Source of the DNA: Botryllus schlosseri
Lineage: Eukaryota
Direction of reading: 5' to 3'
Assembly (NCBI GenBank): GCA_051294905.1
Contig: CM119372.1
Span: forward strand, 4,156,001 to 4,216,000
DNA: 60,000 nt
Shown here piece by piece: positions 47,667 through 60,000 of this stretch (the first letter of the stretch is position 1; every line of letters starts with the position of its first letter). The notes beneath the pieces are model-generated. The model searched no databases and was not told the DNA's origin. It saw only the letters and a program-made list of their open reading frames with translations. A program made the position numbers and the translations under genes.

Positions 47667-50600
47667 ATGACCGAATCGACTGACACCCCTCGCGCATATC
47701 TGGGGACCACCTTCCCGCCAAATTTGACTTCGGACCAATCGTACAGAACATACGAGGCCGCCGCGGAAACAGTCGTCTACCAACCGAGTGTGATGCCGCC
47801 AGCGGTTCAGGCTCCATATTACTACCAATATTCCTATCAGTCTCCATCTGTTCCAGGTAAGAAGTTGGCAGTTTCGAATTTCATCTTAGCAGCGGACTCT
47901 GGTGCGGCGAAACGCAAAATGTGCTCTTGCCCTCGGTCTGATCTTGAGTGGAAATCAGTGTGACGCCACGTGGTACATGCCGTCAAAATTGCTAGCGAAC
48001 ACTATTGCTGAGCCCCACTTTTCAGTTTGTTTTCTAGCGACGTATTTTTGCCAACTGTCCGTGTATTGAACCTACAATTAAAACGCGTGTCGAGATATAA
48101 CTGATGTCACGTCCGCTTTTTATACCCTTCGGTTGAGGGCTCTTTATAGTGATCTCTTCTATAAAGTGTTGCTGATGTAGGCTCCGTATTTCCATGCCTG
48201 GGACGTCCTATTTGGTGATACGAGTTTCTCCGAACTACATATTATCACCTAAACTGCGTTCGAAGCGTATTACTAAAACGTACACTCGGCTATGCGGCAG
48301 CTACCAACCAGTGACCTTGAAACGTATGATTTGACGGTAAAATAAAACAAACCTATATCCCAAAGATGATTTAAGACGTTACGTGGTAGCTCTCCACAGG
48401 ACATCGACTTCCTTAATCCGCCGCCATTTTAGACATTTGCCTATCTGAAATTTCCGTACGGTATCTATAGATATAGCTATAGCTAAGCACATATGTTCGA
48501 TGCTCAATAGCAAGAAAATGATCAGAGTACGTGGTATTTGCATGGTGGCCGGCTTGGAAGAAGATTATTTCGTAAATTCAATCGTTTATAAATGTTTCAT
48601 CATAGGATTGCGATACCAGTGAAAGACAGAACGGTGCGGAAACAAGAGATGGCTGTTTCTCAAACACAAAAACGCACTAAAGCAGTGGTTCTCAACCGGG
48701 GGTCCGCGAAACCTCTGAAGTTGTAAAATGAATGATAACCTAATTTTCACTTTTTTATCAATTAAAGAAATGCATGAGACAGTTTCGCCTAATAATTGCG
48801 AAAACTTTAGGACTCACATCAATGAAATGGTCGTCTGATGTGAAATATCCGACTTTGCAAACTCATTTCAATTGTCAAATTACCAATAGTCTGCCAATGC
48901 AATCATATTCCTGCTTAGAGTTGTTTTATTGGGGTTTGTGGGAAAATTAATTGTTGGAGATAGCATGGTCAAACAGCGTGTCTTCGAAACGTTTGCAAAA
49001 CATTTTAGATTTAGAGTTGTCAGTCTCAGTAAATAAATAAGTAATCGATTGAATTACAAATTCCAGAATTTTTTTCCCAATGTCCCAATCCATTTTCTCC
49101 CGCGATATAACCACTGAATAACTTCAAGATGCTAGTTAGAAATGACTAGGCTGGACGTGATATTTCATTAAAAATACACACCAAAGGCTGTCGTCGGAAG
49201 CGTTTCGCGTTAATATCTTTGTGAAAATGGATTTTTTGCACTCGTTAATATCAAATCGAATACGCGTGTTTCCAAGATAATAAATACAGCTGTGGAGTTC
49301 GCTTCGAAATAATATAAGTCTACCCATGGGGTGACATTTTCAAGAAAAGTCATTTTGTAATATCACTAGCCTACAACTAATAGTTGCACGAGACAGATGA
49401 CGGTTGCACGATAATTGAGCTAATTTTGAACGGAAACTTGAGGGGGTCCGTGAAGACAAAAAGGTCGAGACCACTGCACTAAAGTACTATGAAGTGAAAG
49501 AGGCATACGTACGAAATTACACGAATTTCATTTCGCATAAACATTTGAGAATAGATTCGTTGGTATGCGTGCGTATAGCTAATATGCCCGTACTTATAGA
49601 ATATCATTTCACAAGATGTAAAACTGCAACCACGAAGTCACTTTCTTGTGTTGAAATCAATCTCTCAAGCTCCGCCCGTCCTTTTCGCTTTTTCAAATTC
49701 GCATAGCCAAGACATGAATCCTGTAAGTTATTGCTTACAAATCATTTCTCAATTTTCAAGAACCTAGGCAGCCCGCACACATTCCGCACCGCAGAGATTC
49801 CGCACCACCCTGAATATTCCACATGCATGTGTCTGTATATCTGTAAATATGCGGTTGTATCAATTGTGTACCATCTAAAAATAGTATATTAAGCTGAAGC
49901 GCTCTCTTCGCCCCGATGATTCGAAATTTCATGATTGTGACGTCACATTTTGTGATACGATTGTTGTTTCTAATTCTCTACTAGTAGCTGACGATTACCC
50001 CTGACGAGTTAGGGTTCATTTCAATATAAATATGCTCTTCGGTTATATATATGTAATTCATGGATCATGTTGGCTTATTTAATGTGAAGTCCATGTCACT
50101 AAGGCTAAACGTTGTATACTTATTTATTAGATTCGAATTCCCTATAATATATAATGTAATAGAATTTTACTATTACTAAAAACAAATTGTGATATTACAG
50201 GAACGCTGGGCAGCCCGGTCACCTCATACTTTCCCCACCACCCCGAATACGGAACATACCACCATGGCATGGACTGGAATCACGTCCCAGTACACGAACA
50301 AAACGGCGACCGTGACTTGGACGCCGTCGCTGCCGAAGAACACAACGTTGCCTCCGTACCTCAAGACTCTATCGTACTACCGGTGGTAGATAAACCCGAC
50401 TATCTCCACGATCAAGAGATCGCGCGGTCCAAAGACAGTACGTACGATGTGCGCTACAGAGATTCGGCCGTGGCTTGTAAATTGAGCTCTCTGAAACAAG
50501 AAAAAACGTCGGACATAGACTCTCACGAAGACCCGGACAAATTTTCGTCGCCGGAACGAGTTCAAGTGCACGGTCAGCACAATCCCGCCCCGGTCACGGA

Positions 50601-53600
50601 GACTACGTGGTCGGCGCAACCGGGTTTCCATGATCACGGCCTGCCCATTCGAAATCCGCACGAACTTTCCCCGACTGTCACTCATTCTACAAATGTCGGT
50701 AAGTTTTACGCTTCGAATCGTCAAAAAGCAAGCATATCTGATCTGAAGTGACTCTTTTTGGTACAGATCTTTATTATACATTTTAGTAATATTTACGTAC
50801 CGGTAACGAATTCTTTGCAAACATATCATATGACAAGGAACATTGTTTTTTGATCACGGCATAACACTGTATGTCGTGACACATAACCAGCAAGTACTAT
50901 GGTCAATTGGTCAAATATAGGGCTGGGCGCAATGCTTCGATTACTCGAAACTCAACCGAGTATTCACTCGAATAATTCGAGTCGAGTAGCGAGAAATGAT
51001 TTATCAAGTACTGAATATATATTCTACTTGACAATAATTTATCAGCGGGAATTACTGTGTTCGATGCCATAGCAAGGAAAACCCGCAAAACGGTCGCCAA
51101 GTAACGCTGGCGTAAATGGTTCAATTCATTTATGTATTTACTTGACCTCAATGTATCTTCATATATAATTGTACTGTATGTAGTATGCGTATGCGCAGCC
51201 ACCTTGAATATTGGCGCCTGACCCACCTTCAAACATAATTTGTTTTATCGAAAGAGAATGGTGAGGTGGTTGTGGCGACTATTTTGTGAATTTAAACTGT
51301 CTGTCAAATCTGGTGATATCACTCAGCTTTGCATTTTGTGACTTGATCCCCCATTGAAAATTTGACAACAAAGTCGCATGTTGCAGTGTGGCTAGTAACA
51401 TATAAATTCGGAGTTAATCCCAAATACACAGGTTGGCTGGGCGGTTACATTGTTTGTGACTTTTCATCCACTTTTTAGCATTGGAAGGAAGCCAATCCGA
51501 GGATCTCATGCATCGGGAATTATCGGCCACCAACTCACATGTAAGACTTCAATCCTGTTTGCACATTGTGTAAAATCAACCTAGGGCGTAAATCCAAGGT
51601 TTTCCCGATGAAAATGTCCCATAGCAGTTAATCATATTGATTAGACTTCCATATAATGTAGTTCAATCTACACGATTATATAATTACTAATGTCCAAATT
51701 TGATGGCCCTGGATGCGATTGACTGTTATATACTTGATAACATTATTATATTGTCGTGCTTGATATGTACATCACGATCTAGTTTGTGCGAGGAAGCTGC
51801 ATGATGACAATATAGAAATTATTTGTACTGACCAACAATGATGTGCGTTTAATTATTCACTGTTGGAAGTTGTGCATTACACGGTTACATCATGCATTAA
51901 ATAAATTACCAATCTTGTTTACGCATTTGTTACCGCTCATTTGTGACTCCCAATAGAAGTTACTGAAATTTGGGATTGATTTTTCCATTCGACCGATGAT
52001 CGGCTACAAAATGGCGAACAGACTCAAGCCGTTTTAATGACAGGATGACGCGTCATAGTAATCAAGAATTTGCCTTTGTTTTTTAACGAAAGACAGCATG
52101 CTTACTCCTCTATCCAACCGTCCCTTGGCTGTATTCAAACATCAAAACTAGCTGTATTCGTTGCAGGCGATGTGTGTTCTGATATCCCCCACCATATGTT
52201 CAACTGAAGTCGCATCTAATGGGTGCTATCTAGCCGACGTGCGATTGTCACTTTCACTATGTTGACAGCCCTATATATCACACATTGTGGTAACTAAATT
52301 TAGGAGCTATTACAGTGCACGTTGTATCGCGTGTCAATTTGCACATCAATCAAGACGGATCAAGTTTTCTATGGCATGAAACAGATTTTGTATTTCTCTT
52401 TGCCTAAGATCGATACTGAGGACGTGTATTCTGCGTCTCAGACTGTTTAGTTACATATATCACACTGAGATCCTTCTTATTTGTAACAATATCCATCGCG
52501 TGGGATGTTTCTTTCCTCTGCTAGAATCGGATAGCGTATAACGTAGGGTGTAGTTCTGTATTGCAAATAACGAGCGGGCCCCATTGTATTCTTGTTTGCT
52601 TTTCAGTTGTCGCACAAGTTGGCATGGAAGCGTCATGGTTTCATACCTTCTTATGTTCTTATCGCAGGCCAGGTTTGGAGGCAGTCTGGAGCTTTCGCCA
52701 AGAACAACGCCACAAATACCAGCCGCGAATTTTGGCTTCCCTCACCCGTTACCAGTTAATTCCTATTCCTACCCGAACTACCAATCCAACGACTACATCC
52801 GGTACGGGTACGCCCCCTCTCTGCAGCAGACTTACGGCTCATACTCGGAAGGATATTACGAAACCACAAGAGCCGACGCCGATGCGAAACTGCGCATGTC
52901 TGTTCAGCACAAAACCAAACCAGGTATATATGTATGGAAACTTGTGCCAGTCGCACAACTTCCTCCATACGTGTCTAGCGAGACATTCTAGGAATTCGAG
53001 TCGCCTCTACATGAGGCTGTAGAAAGTGTGCATCAAAGATAACGGGTGATTAGAATTTTACCGAAAGTCCTATATTCACACCCACCTACAGTGTATAAAT
53101 CTAGGAGATGTTATTCCTATCTGTGCACTTACCAGCTCCCTATTAGCTACAAATCTTGCGCAAGGGCCTGGCTGACAATCCATTTTGTCTGTAGTGAAGA
53201 TCTATCAGCCGCTGGATATCGCAATATCCACGGCAGCGTAATCTCACATATTACCAGCTAGTAGTCCGAAAGCAGTAGCAGAAGCGGTGGCGACGCGGGT
53301 GACACTGTATATTGTGACGTAATAACTGAGGCGACGTATGCGGTTTTTCACATCGCTTGCGGCCTTTCCAATAACCTTCGATTTTGTTATACTATAGAAA
53401 TTAAACAAAATCGGTCGTTGCCGTTCCATGTTTAATTTCTATAGTTATACGCTTGTATTCCCTGCATATCGGGTAAAGCCAATGAAATAGAGGATTCAGT
53501 GACAATTTATGGTAGGTAACTAGATATTCAGTACACATAGCGCTTGCTCTTAATCTAAACCACAACACCCTAAATAATCAATTATTATATGAAATCTATG

Positions 53601-56600
53601 ATAAAAAAGAATTGGTTTGCGATATACCAATGGTATGCACTGTGACACACGGCATTAACCGGTAGTCCCGCTATTACTTTGTCCAATGCGACGATGTCCG
53701 ATAGTCTGATTTCGGGCGATTGGATTATATTCCTGTATTGCAGTGGTTCTCAACCTGTGATACGCAAATTCATACCAGGTGGTGCGCGGTAAAGGCATTT
53801 CTTTCAAGTAAAATTACAGTTTTCACCAAGCGCTGACGAATTTTTTCTGATCAATACCTCGTGCATCATTCGACACAGGTGCACCCCGCACAGATCAGCT
53901 TACAGACAATAAACAATTGCAACTATCACAATAATTTTGTCTTGTTCGTGTGTGTTGGGTGGATTATAGCTCATGGACCGTATTTGTTTTAAAATCTCCC
54001 AAGCTGACTTATTTTTTAATCCGCCCATGTTTATAATCATGTATACATTTTGAGTAAAGTTGAGGTTTTCGTTAATTTGGAGGTGAGCAACAAAATCACA
54101 GAACCTCGAGGTGGTTGAGAACCACTGCTATATTTCTATTACAAAGTAAACGCTGAAAATATGGCTTGACAATGGGCAGAGACAGTGCATAATGAATTGT
54201 AAAATTGTATGTGACGTCTACACGAAAACAGCGACACAATGCGATGTGCTTGTCGCTGTTTCCGGTGATTTAGCAAGAGTTGATGTATTCTATCTAAATT
54301 CGACACGGAACGAGCCAAAACTAGGATAACCGGGTCTGTTATTAGACACTGTGACACTTTCTATTCCTTCCGCGGCTTTGAATACGCATTGCGGAACAAT
54401 AGCTCAATGTGAATGATACCTGTCGCGCGTGCGTCACAGCTTATTTTATCGCCATATGCTGAATATATGATGATTCCATTGTTTTTGCATCAGGCGACGG
54501 GATAAATAGTAGGAAATGACTTCCGCCACAACGGCTATCGAATTAGAGAAACGTGCTGGGCGCAAACTGTTGATATCGACGTGCATCCGAGAGTTCAAAA
54601 GGCCGTGGTGTCACTCGGCAATTGCCTTCACTTCAGAATTGGTGAATTTTGAAGTCGAAAGCATTGTAGATATACACCGGATTTTAATATCTATATCGAT
54701 CGTAACCGGGCAGTTATTTTTTTTACAAAGAAGAAAAGATTCAGAGTCACGGCTGCGAGCTAAAAGCACACTCTTACACAATCCATCACGTCGCCAAAAC
54801 ACCTCATGTAGGCCTATTCGTTAGTTGGTACCTAAACGGGTTGGTGACGCACTATACGCAAGGATGCGATGTGGGAAATACGCAAATGGGATCCGAAGCA
54901 GGACGGGATATGCATTTCCTATTTTCAAGCCCGGTTTAGGAATATTTTGATATGCATAAAAACTGTCAGCAAAGGATATCTATCTGCGAGTCGCGAAGTC
55001 GTGACTGTGTATTGTGTATAGGTTCATAGAGCTGTGTGTGCGTGCTGTATGTGTCTGTATTTTTGGAATTCGTTTTTCCAATTTCCACCTCTGAAATCTA
55101 GGACTTTTAGTGTAATTTCTGCAAATTGACTTCTCATTGAAACGGCCATGTTTCATTTGGCGTTTTCTAACATTAAATATGCGTATCACTAATCTAATGA
55201 TGCCACGCGATCGCAATAGTCCATTCTCAAAAGTCAGTGACGAAGTAAGCTTTTACTTTTTCAAGCGTGCTCGATTTGTTTTCTCAGCATTAACTTTCAC
55301 TAAAGATCAAATCTAGGACTAATACACTTCCCATCGTACTTGAGCAATTTTCGAATCCATATTACATACCAATAGTGCAGTATAAATTTTGCCATGTAAA
55401 AAGTGACTTTATTTTCCATTCGAATCGCCGCAGTTGTTCTAATCACGTGCTGTAGTATCGAAGCCAAAGACTTCAGTAGCTAAATTTGTTACACTATGGT
55501 TCATAAATAAATTTGGTCTGTTTAAACACGTTATAAAGTTTCAGATATAAGCATCTTTTAGATTTTAAAGTTGTCACATATTAATGATATTATTATTTAC
55601 TAACTAAAGTACAGGGCCCGTTGGCACTAATAGACTTTAAGCTATGGACGTTTACTTACATCATGATTACTTTTCGCTTTTGTAATTTAAGAATTGATCT
55701 CCATGGCTCGCACTGTCAATTGATGCTTTCACGTGCGTAGAATCAGCGATCAGTTTTTCACTTCCGGCCGATAGATGGCGCTTGATGGACGCACTTCGAT
55801 GCGACTTGAATCACGCTTACTATTTGCAGTATCAGCTCAGCCAGACTCCACCGCGCAAACGAAACCTCACAAGAAGATCAGAACGTCTTTCACCAAGGAC
55901 CAGGTACAGCAGTTGGAAGACGATTTTCTCCGTAATAACTACCTGACGCGGCTTCGGAGATATGAGCTCGCCATGAAGCTGAATTTATCGGAGAGACAGG
56001 TATGCGACAGAGTTGCACGACTACAAAATTTTCAGATCTGTGTTAGTGCTACGAAATAGTCATGGTTCAGAAATACAAAATTACTTTAGATGGTGTGTAA
56101 GCTTGATACTGGGATCGAATCACTGAGTCAGAGTTGGACAGCTAGACAGTTTTCAGCTATTCCAATTTAGATTATAGGATAAGAGTTATGGCTAAAAAGA
56201 AACTAGAATCGCTGAATTCGCAAAAACTTGGAAATTGAATTCGGTTGCGGATTAGAACGAAATACGACTAAATTAAAGCTCAGTTCATATGAAATCAAAT
56301 CAGTGTTCATTATCACAAGCACGAGGATGGCGAACGGCCGGTCTGTACACCAAGCTTGGCTCATTTCGTACTGTAGATCAGCTAACCCAGGGGTTGGCAA
56401 ACCACGGCCCGCAACGACGTTCTGTACGGCCCGCGAGAGTCAAAAGAAAAATATTGATCAATGCGTACTGAAATCGAATTAATGCAGAGACTTGAATAAA
56501 CTTTTTCTTACTATATTTCACCATGATCATCCAAAGGCAGTGGTTGTCAAACTGAGGGCGAGGCCCCGTTGGGGGCATGAAAACATCTGAATGGGGGGCG

Positions 56601-59337
56601 CGAAGCTGAGCTCGACTGAAATTCATTTCGCGCTTCGCGCGATTTACATACAACTAATAATTATTGTTCTGTATTTAGTCTGAATTTCATATTTAAAAAT
56701 CTCACATCCACAATCGTAACCTTCCATGACATCAAACTATATCCGTTAGGTTTGCCAGCATCCTGGTTGCGTTTTGTGAATTGTGATATGACGATAAGAA
56801 CGGGGAACGCGAAATCTTTTACCATCATAAAGGGGGGGGGGGGGGGGGGGGGTGGCGTGTCTTAAAAAGTTCGAGAACCACTATTCTAAGGTAAATACTT
56901 GCTCTATTACTTGTTATGTTCAATTTTTGGCGCGACAGCCCGATCTCAAGGCCCACGCAGTTTGAAAGGTTTCAACTGCTAAACATCACAGAAATCCTAA
57001 ACGAGATTGACATAATTCGGATCACGGGCGTGATTTCAGATTGGCCACTCTAGTTTTCATTATTTCAGTGATGTGCTTATAAAACCGAATATCGCGTGTC
57101 TTCGTTCTCTGTATGCGTAGAATTAGGGTATTTATATTTTATATACAATTTTAACAAATTGGTTTTTGAGGTCGACCAACCTATGAAATCACGCCACTGT
57201 TTCTGACGCGTGTACAATATCAATAAAGCAATGTTTGGTTTGTTTTAAATAAGCGTTATCTCCATGTCATCACTATATAATAAAATACCAATATTGCGTT
57301 TTGGTGTATAATACGAATTTTATAGGTGCGGCCTGCGAATGGATTCAGATGTTGAATGCGGCCCGCGAGCTCAAAAGTTTGCCCACCCCTGAGCTAACCT
57401 GTGGCAGTTTCTGGAAAACCAGAAATGACATCGAACCCACGACCTACTGATCAAGAGGCCGGACGCTTCACCATTACGCTATCTTAGAGTATAGAAACTT
57501 TTCAAAACTTGAATTGGAAATAGGTTACCGGCATTTCTAAGCAGTTTAATTAGAGAACGGGAATTATCTAGTTGTCCAAGTGTTACATGCGGGCCAGCGG
57601 CTTCATGTCGCACAGTATCACGCTTTTTGGAGACAATGTGTATGCGATCGGAATCGCACTCAGCGCGTTTCTATTTCTGTTCAGATTAAAGTCTGGTTTC
57701 AAAATCGTAGAATGAAATGGAAGAGACAGAGCGTTGTGGCCCACCACAGTCACGGCAGCCAAGACAAAGTCAGCCCGATGTCGAATTCGCGCTCAGTCGA
57801 GTCTCTATCAGCGGACGAGAGCAACCCCGTCATCTATCAGCAGTCGCTTCTCACAAAACCGGACTACGCGAACGGTTACACCACGCGGCACGACTGCAGG
57901 CCGGTGACTTACAAAACTACGAACCAGTCGGCGTCTACCATGGCCGACTCTTGCTTCCTGCGAAAGCACGAAGACAGCGCCTTCCTTCCGAATTTGCAGG
58001 AAATCGGAACCGGAGTTGCGGTTATATCCTCCGCGAATCATTCCGATACAGCGGTCACGTATCCGGACAGCGAGACTACCAACGCGACGCTTTCAGTGGC
58101 CGGATCTCGTCAGGATATGGCGTCTATGGTCGGGCTGTCGCGCGCTGACATTAGGCAGGACTATCTATCTATTGTAAAGGTAAGTCTCCTATACACTACT
58201 TCATATGCGTTGCTGAAATGTAGCCTATAGAGTAGGACTGGTCACAATGATTCTAGTACTTGGATCTGAAGTGTAATTTTAATGATCCAAGTCGAGTAGT
58301 AATTCTTTGGAGTACCGATACTGAAGTTATACGCTCCCCGTCACTAGCAGTTAAATTCATAAACGAAAACTATAATTTCGATAGTATTTTCCACTGTGGA
58401 AGCCTCGAAAGATTGATTGGGCGTATCACAACATACGGAACATGTAGTATAAAGCTACGCATTTTGGTGGAAATAACATATTCTGTGAAGTTGTAATCAG
58501 CCCACGGCATTGTCGCAGCAAAGTGTAATGAGATACAGGCTTGGTCGAAGAAATACCAAATTACCTTTAATCTGATATAGGACCGTCATTATATTCTTTA
58601 CAGTCGCTCAACAGGTACATATTGGACTTTCCGCATGACGATTCAGAACGGAATCAACCCTGATCTCGAGATACTCGTCTTGCGTTAATAGTCGGTTACG
58701 CGCTCACCAAATATGTGCTTGAGATATAGCATTATGTGACAAATGTGTATTACGGTACACTCTTTGAACAGGCGATGGGGGAATTTCACAATTTGTGTCT
58801 TTTCCGTGGAAATTATAGGTCTTAGTTACAGCGTATTCGGATGATAAAGGAAAATCTTTAGTGAATACCACCCGGGCATTTGTCGCTTGCCCTTCTATGT
58901 TTTCTTTTTTTACTTTTCATAGTGTAGGCTACATGCCTCCTATTTACATCGCCTAGGCCCAGATGGGTGTCTGATTTCAAAGACTACTCCAAGTCGTTTC
59001 GACATGTTCCTATCTTTTTATCGTATCGCGATCTTGTGGCGTATCGATATGATGAAATTGTTAATAAACTGCACTGAGCTGAACGGAGACGGTATGATTT
59101 TTTCAGGCAAACCACGCAAGAAGCAACGCACAAAGCACTAAAAGTCACGAGGACGCCACTCAATTGCTATACGCCAGCGAAGAATCAGAGCGCGCGAGAA
59201 ACGGAGCCACGTCGTCCGCCAGACCCGCGAACGTTGACTTGAACGACATCAAGCCACCGAATTTGCAGGCGGTCACGGAGAACAGTTCCCAAATGAATAT
59301 TATCCCGGGTATTAATGAACTGGACAATCAAAGGTGA
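47667..59337 (+). CDS. MEOX: Mox/Meox-family ANTP-class homeobox protein
   Basis: The homeodomain KKIRTSFTKDQVQQLEDDFLRNNYLTRLRRYELAMKLNLSERQ|IKVWFQNRRMKWKR carries the Mox signature NYLTRLRRYE and is split by a phase-0 intron (56000-57684). Exons: 47667-47856, 50201-50698, (52607-52617?), 52668-52923, 55830-55999, 57685-58179, then 59107-59337 or 58604-58663. The homeobox exons are certain; the N- and C-terminal exons are less so. Confidence 0.88.
48683..49476. mobile_element. Charlie-like hAT MITE
   Basis: TIR CAGTGGTTCTCAACC...GGTCGAGACCACTG with perfect 8-bp TSD CACTAAAG. Confidence 0.9.
49864..50036 (+). mobile_element. Penelope-like 3' end/pLTR relic with an internally deleted hammerhead
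   Basis: TTGTGTACCATCTAAAAATAGTA (end of the ORF) followed by pLTR sequence. CTGACGAG joins directly to TTAGGGTTCAT, so GAAA and stem III are lost. Confidence 0.75.
53741..54127. mobile_element. Charlie-like hAT MITE
   Basis: Perfect TIR CAGTGGTTCTCAACC...GGTTGAGAACCACTG with decayed TSD CTGTATTG/CTATATTT. Confidence 0.8.
56388..57391. mobile_element. Charlie-like hAT MITE in the homeobox intron, with a nested MITE at 56538-56883
   Basis: Outer TIR CAGGGGTTGGCAAAC...GTTTGCCCACCCCTG with TSD AGCTAACC. Inner element CAGTGGTTGTCAAAC...GTTCGAGAACCACTA with TSD TCCAAAGG/TTCTAAGG. Confidence 0.88.
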
Positions 59338-60000
59338 AACTCGCCTCAAGTCCGCTATCTGACGGTTGGGATACGTTAGCGTTAACTGCCGAATGACGTG
59401 CTGTTGAGTACTACGGTGAAAAAGCAATATCGTACCAGAGTATTTGTAAAGGGCCAATAGCCCAATGTATTTGCACTACACCCGAGCATTACACTCGCTC
59501 AAAAAGCCAAATTATAAGAACTAATAAATCATTATTCGCGTTTATAACGCAGTGTCGTTACGCAAAAGATATCTCACTCGCCTACGACAGCAATAGTACG
59601 ACTTGTCTATATATTTTTACAACCAAATCAGTCTTGACGTAAACGACACGAAAGATGAAATACGAACTGTTCGCGAAAAATAAAATTTAACTATTCCATT
59701 TTCACACAAATCGCAGCGTAATTGCTACATTAATTGCGGCATTTTCAATCCACGGCATTGCTAGAAAGTGCAATAATATAGGCATGCTGGTCGAAAAAAT
59801 ACCATCAGGCGATATATTCTTTGTGGTAGCATAAATGGATACATATTAAACTTTCCACATCTTTAGTAGTGTTATGATGTTACAAAGCGTGATACTCGTA
59901 ACGACTCGAAGCCTTATACTCAATTCAGAATGGAATCGCACAGGCACTTGTGAAATAAGTTACTTCAAGGAAGTAATGAAATATCTAATTGATTACATGG

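Noticed and set aside
50918..52272. Single hAT element bounded by TAGGGCTG...CAGCCCTA
   Set aside because: There is only an 8-bp terminal match and no TSD, so the boundaries cannot be supported.

Overview
Eukaryotic (invertebrate) genomic DNA. It is probably a tunicate or other invertebrate chordate, inferred from the compact ~50-65 bp introns, the repeat types and the protein similarity; this is not proven. Three spliced genes lie head-to-tail on the + strand: cytoplasmic dynein 1 intermediate chain (4269-17250, 15 exons, ~595 aa), TBCK pseudokinase-TBC-rhodanese protein (18581-42281, 19 exons, ~888 aa) and a Mox/Meox homeobox gene (47667-~59337). The non-coding DNA is dense with mobile elements. 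(i) A 3.6-kb spacer-less Foldback-type palindrome (331-3924) has a perfect 9-bp TSD and arms built from 168/169-bp tandem repeats. (ii) A Penelope-like retroelement fragment (27964-28730) has a GIY-YIG endonuclease remnant, inverted pLTRs, a 13-bp TSD and minimal hammerhead ribozymes; several more ribozyme-bearing pLTR relics are scattered through the introns. (iii) Many hAT-type MITEs with 8-bp TSDs are nested up to three levels deep, and there is also a hAT transposase remnant and a tRNA-derived SINE. Exon coordinates were read by eye from GT-AG sites and frame continuity.
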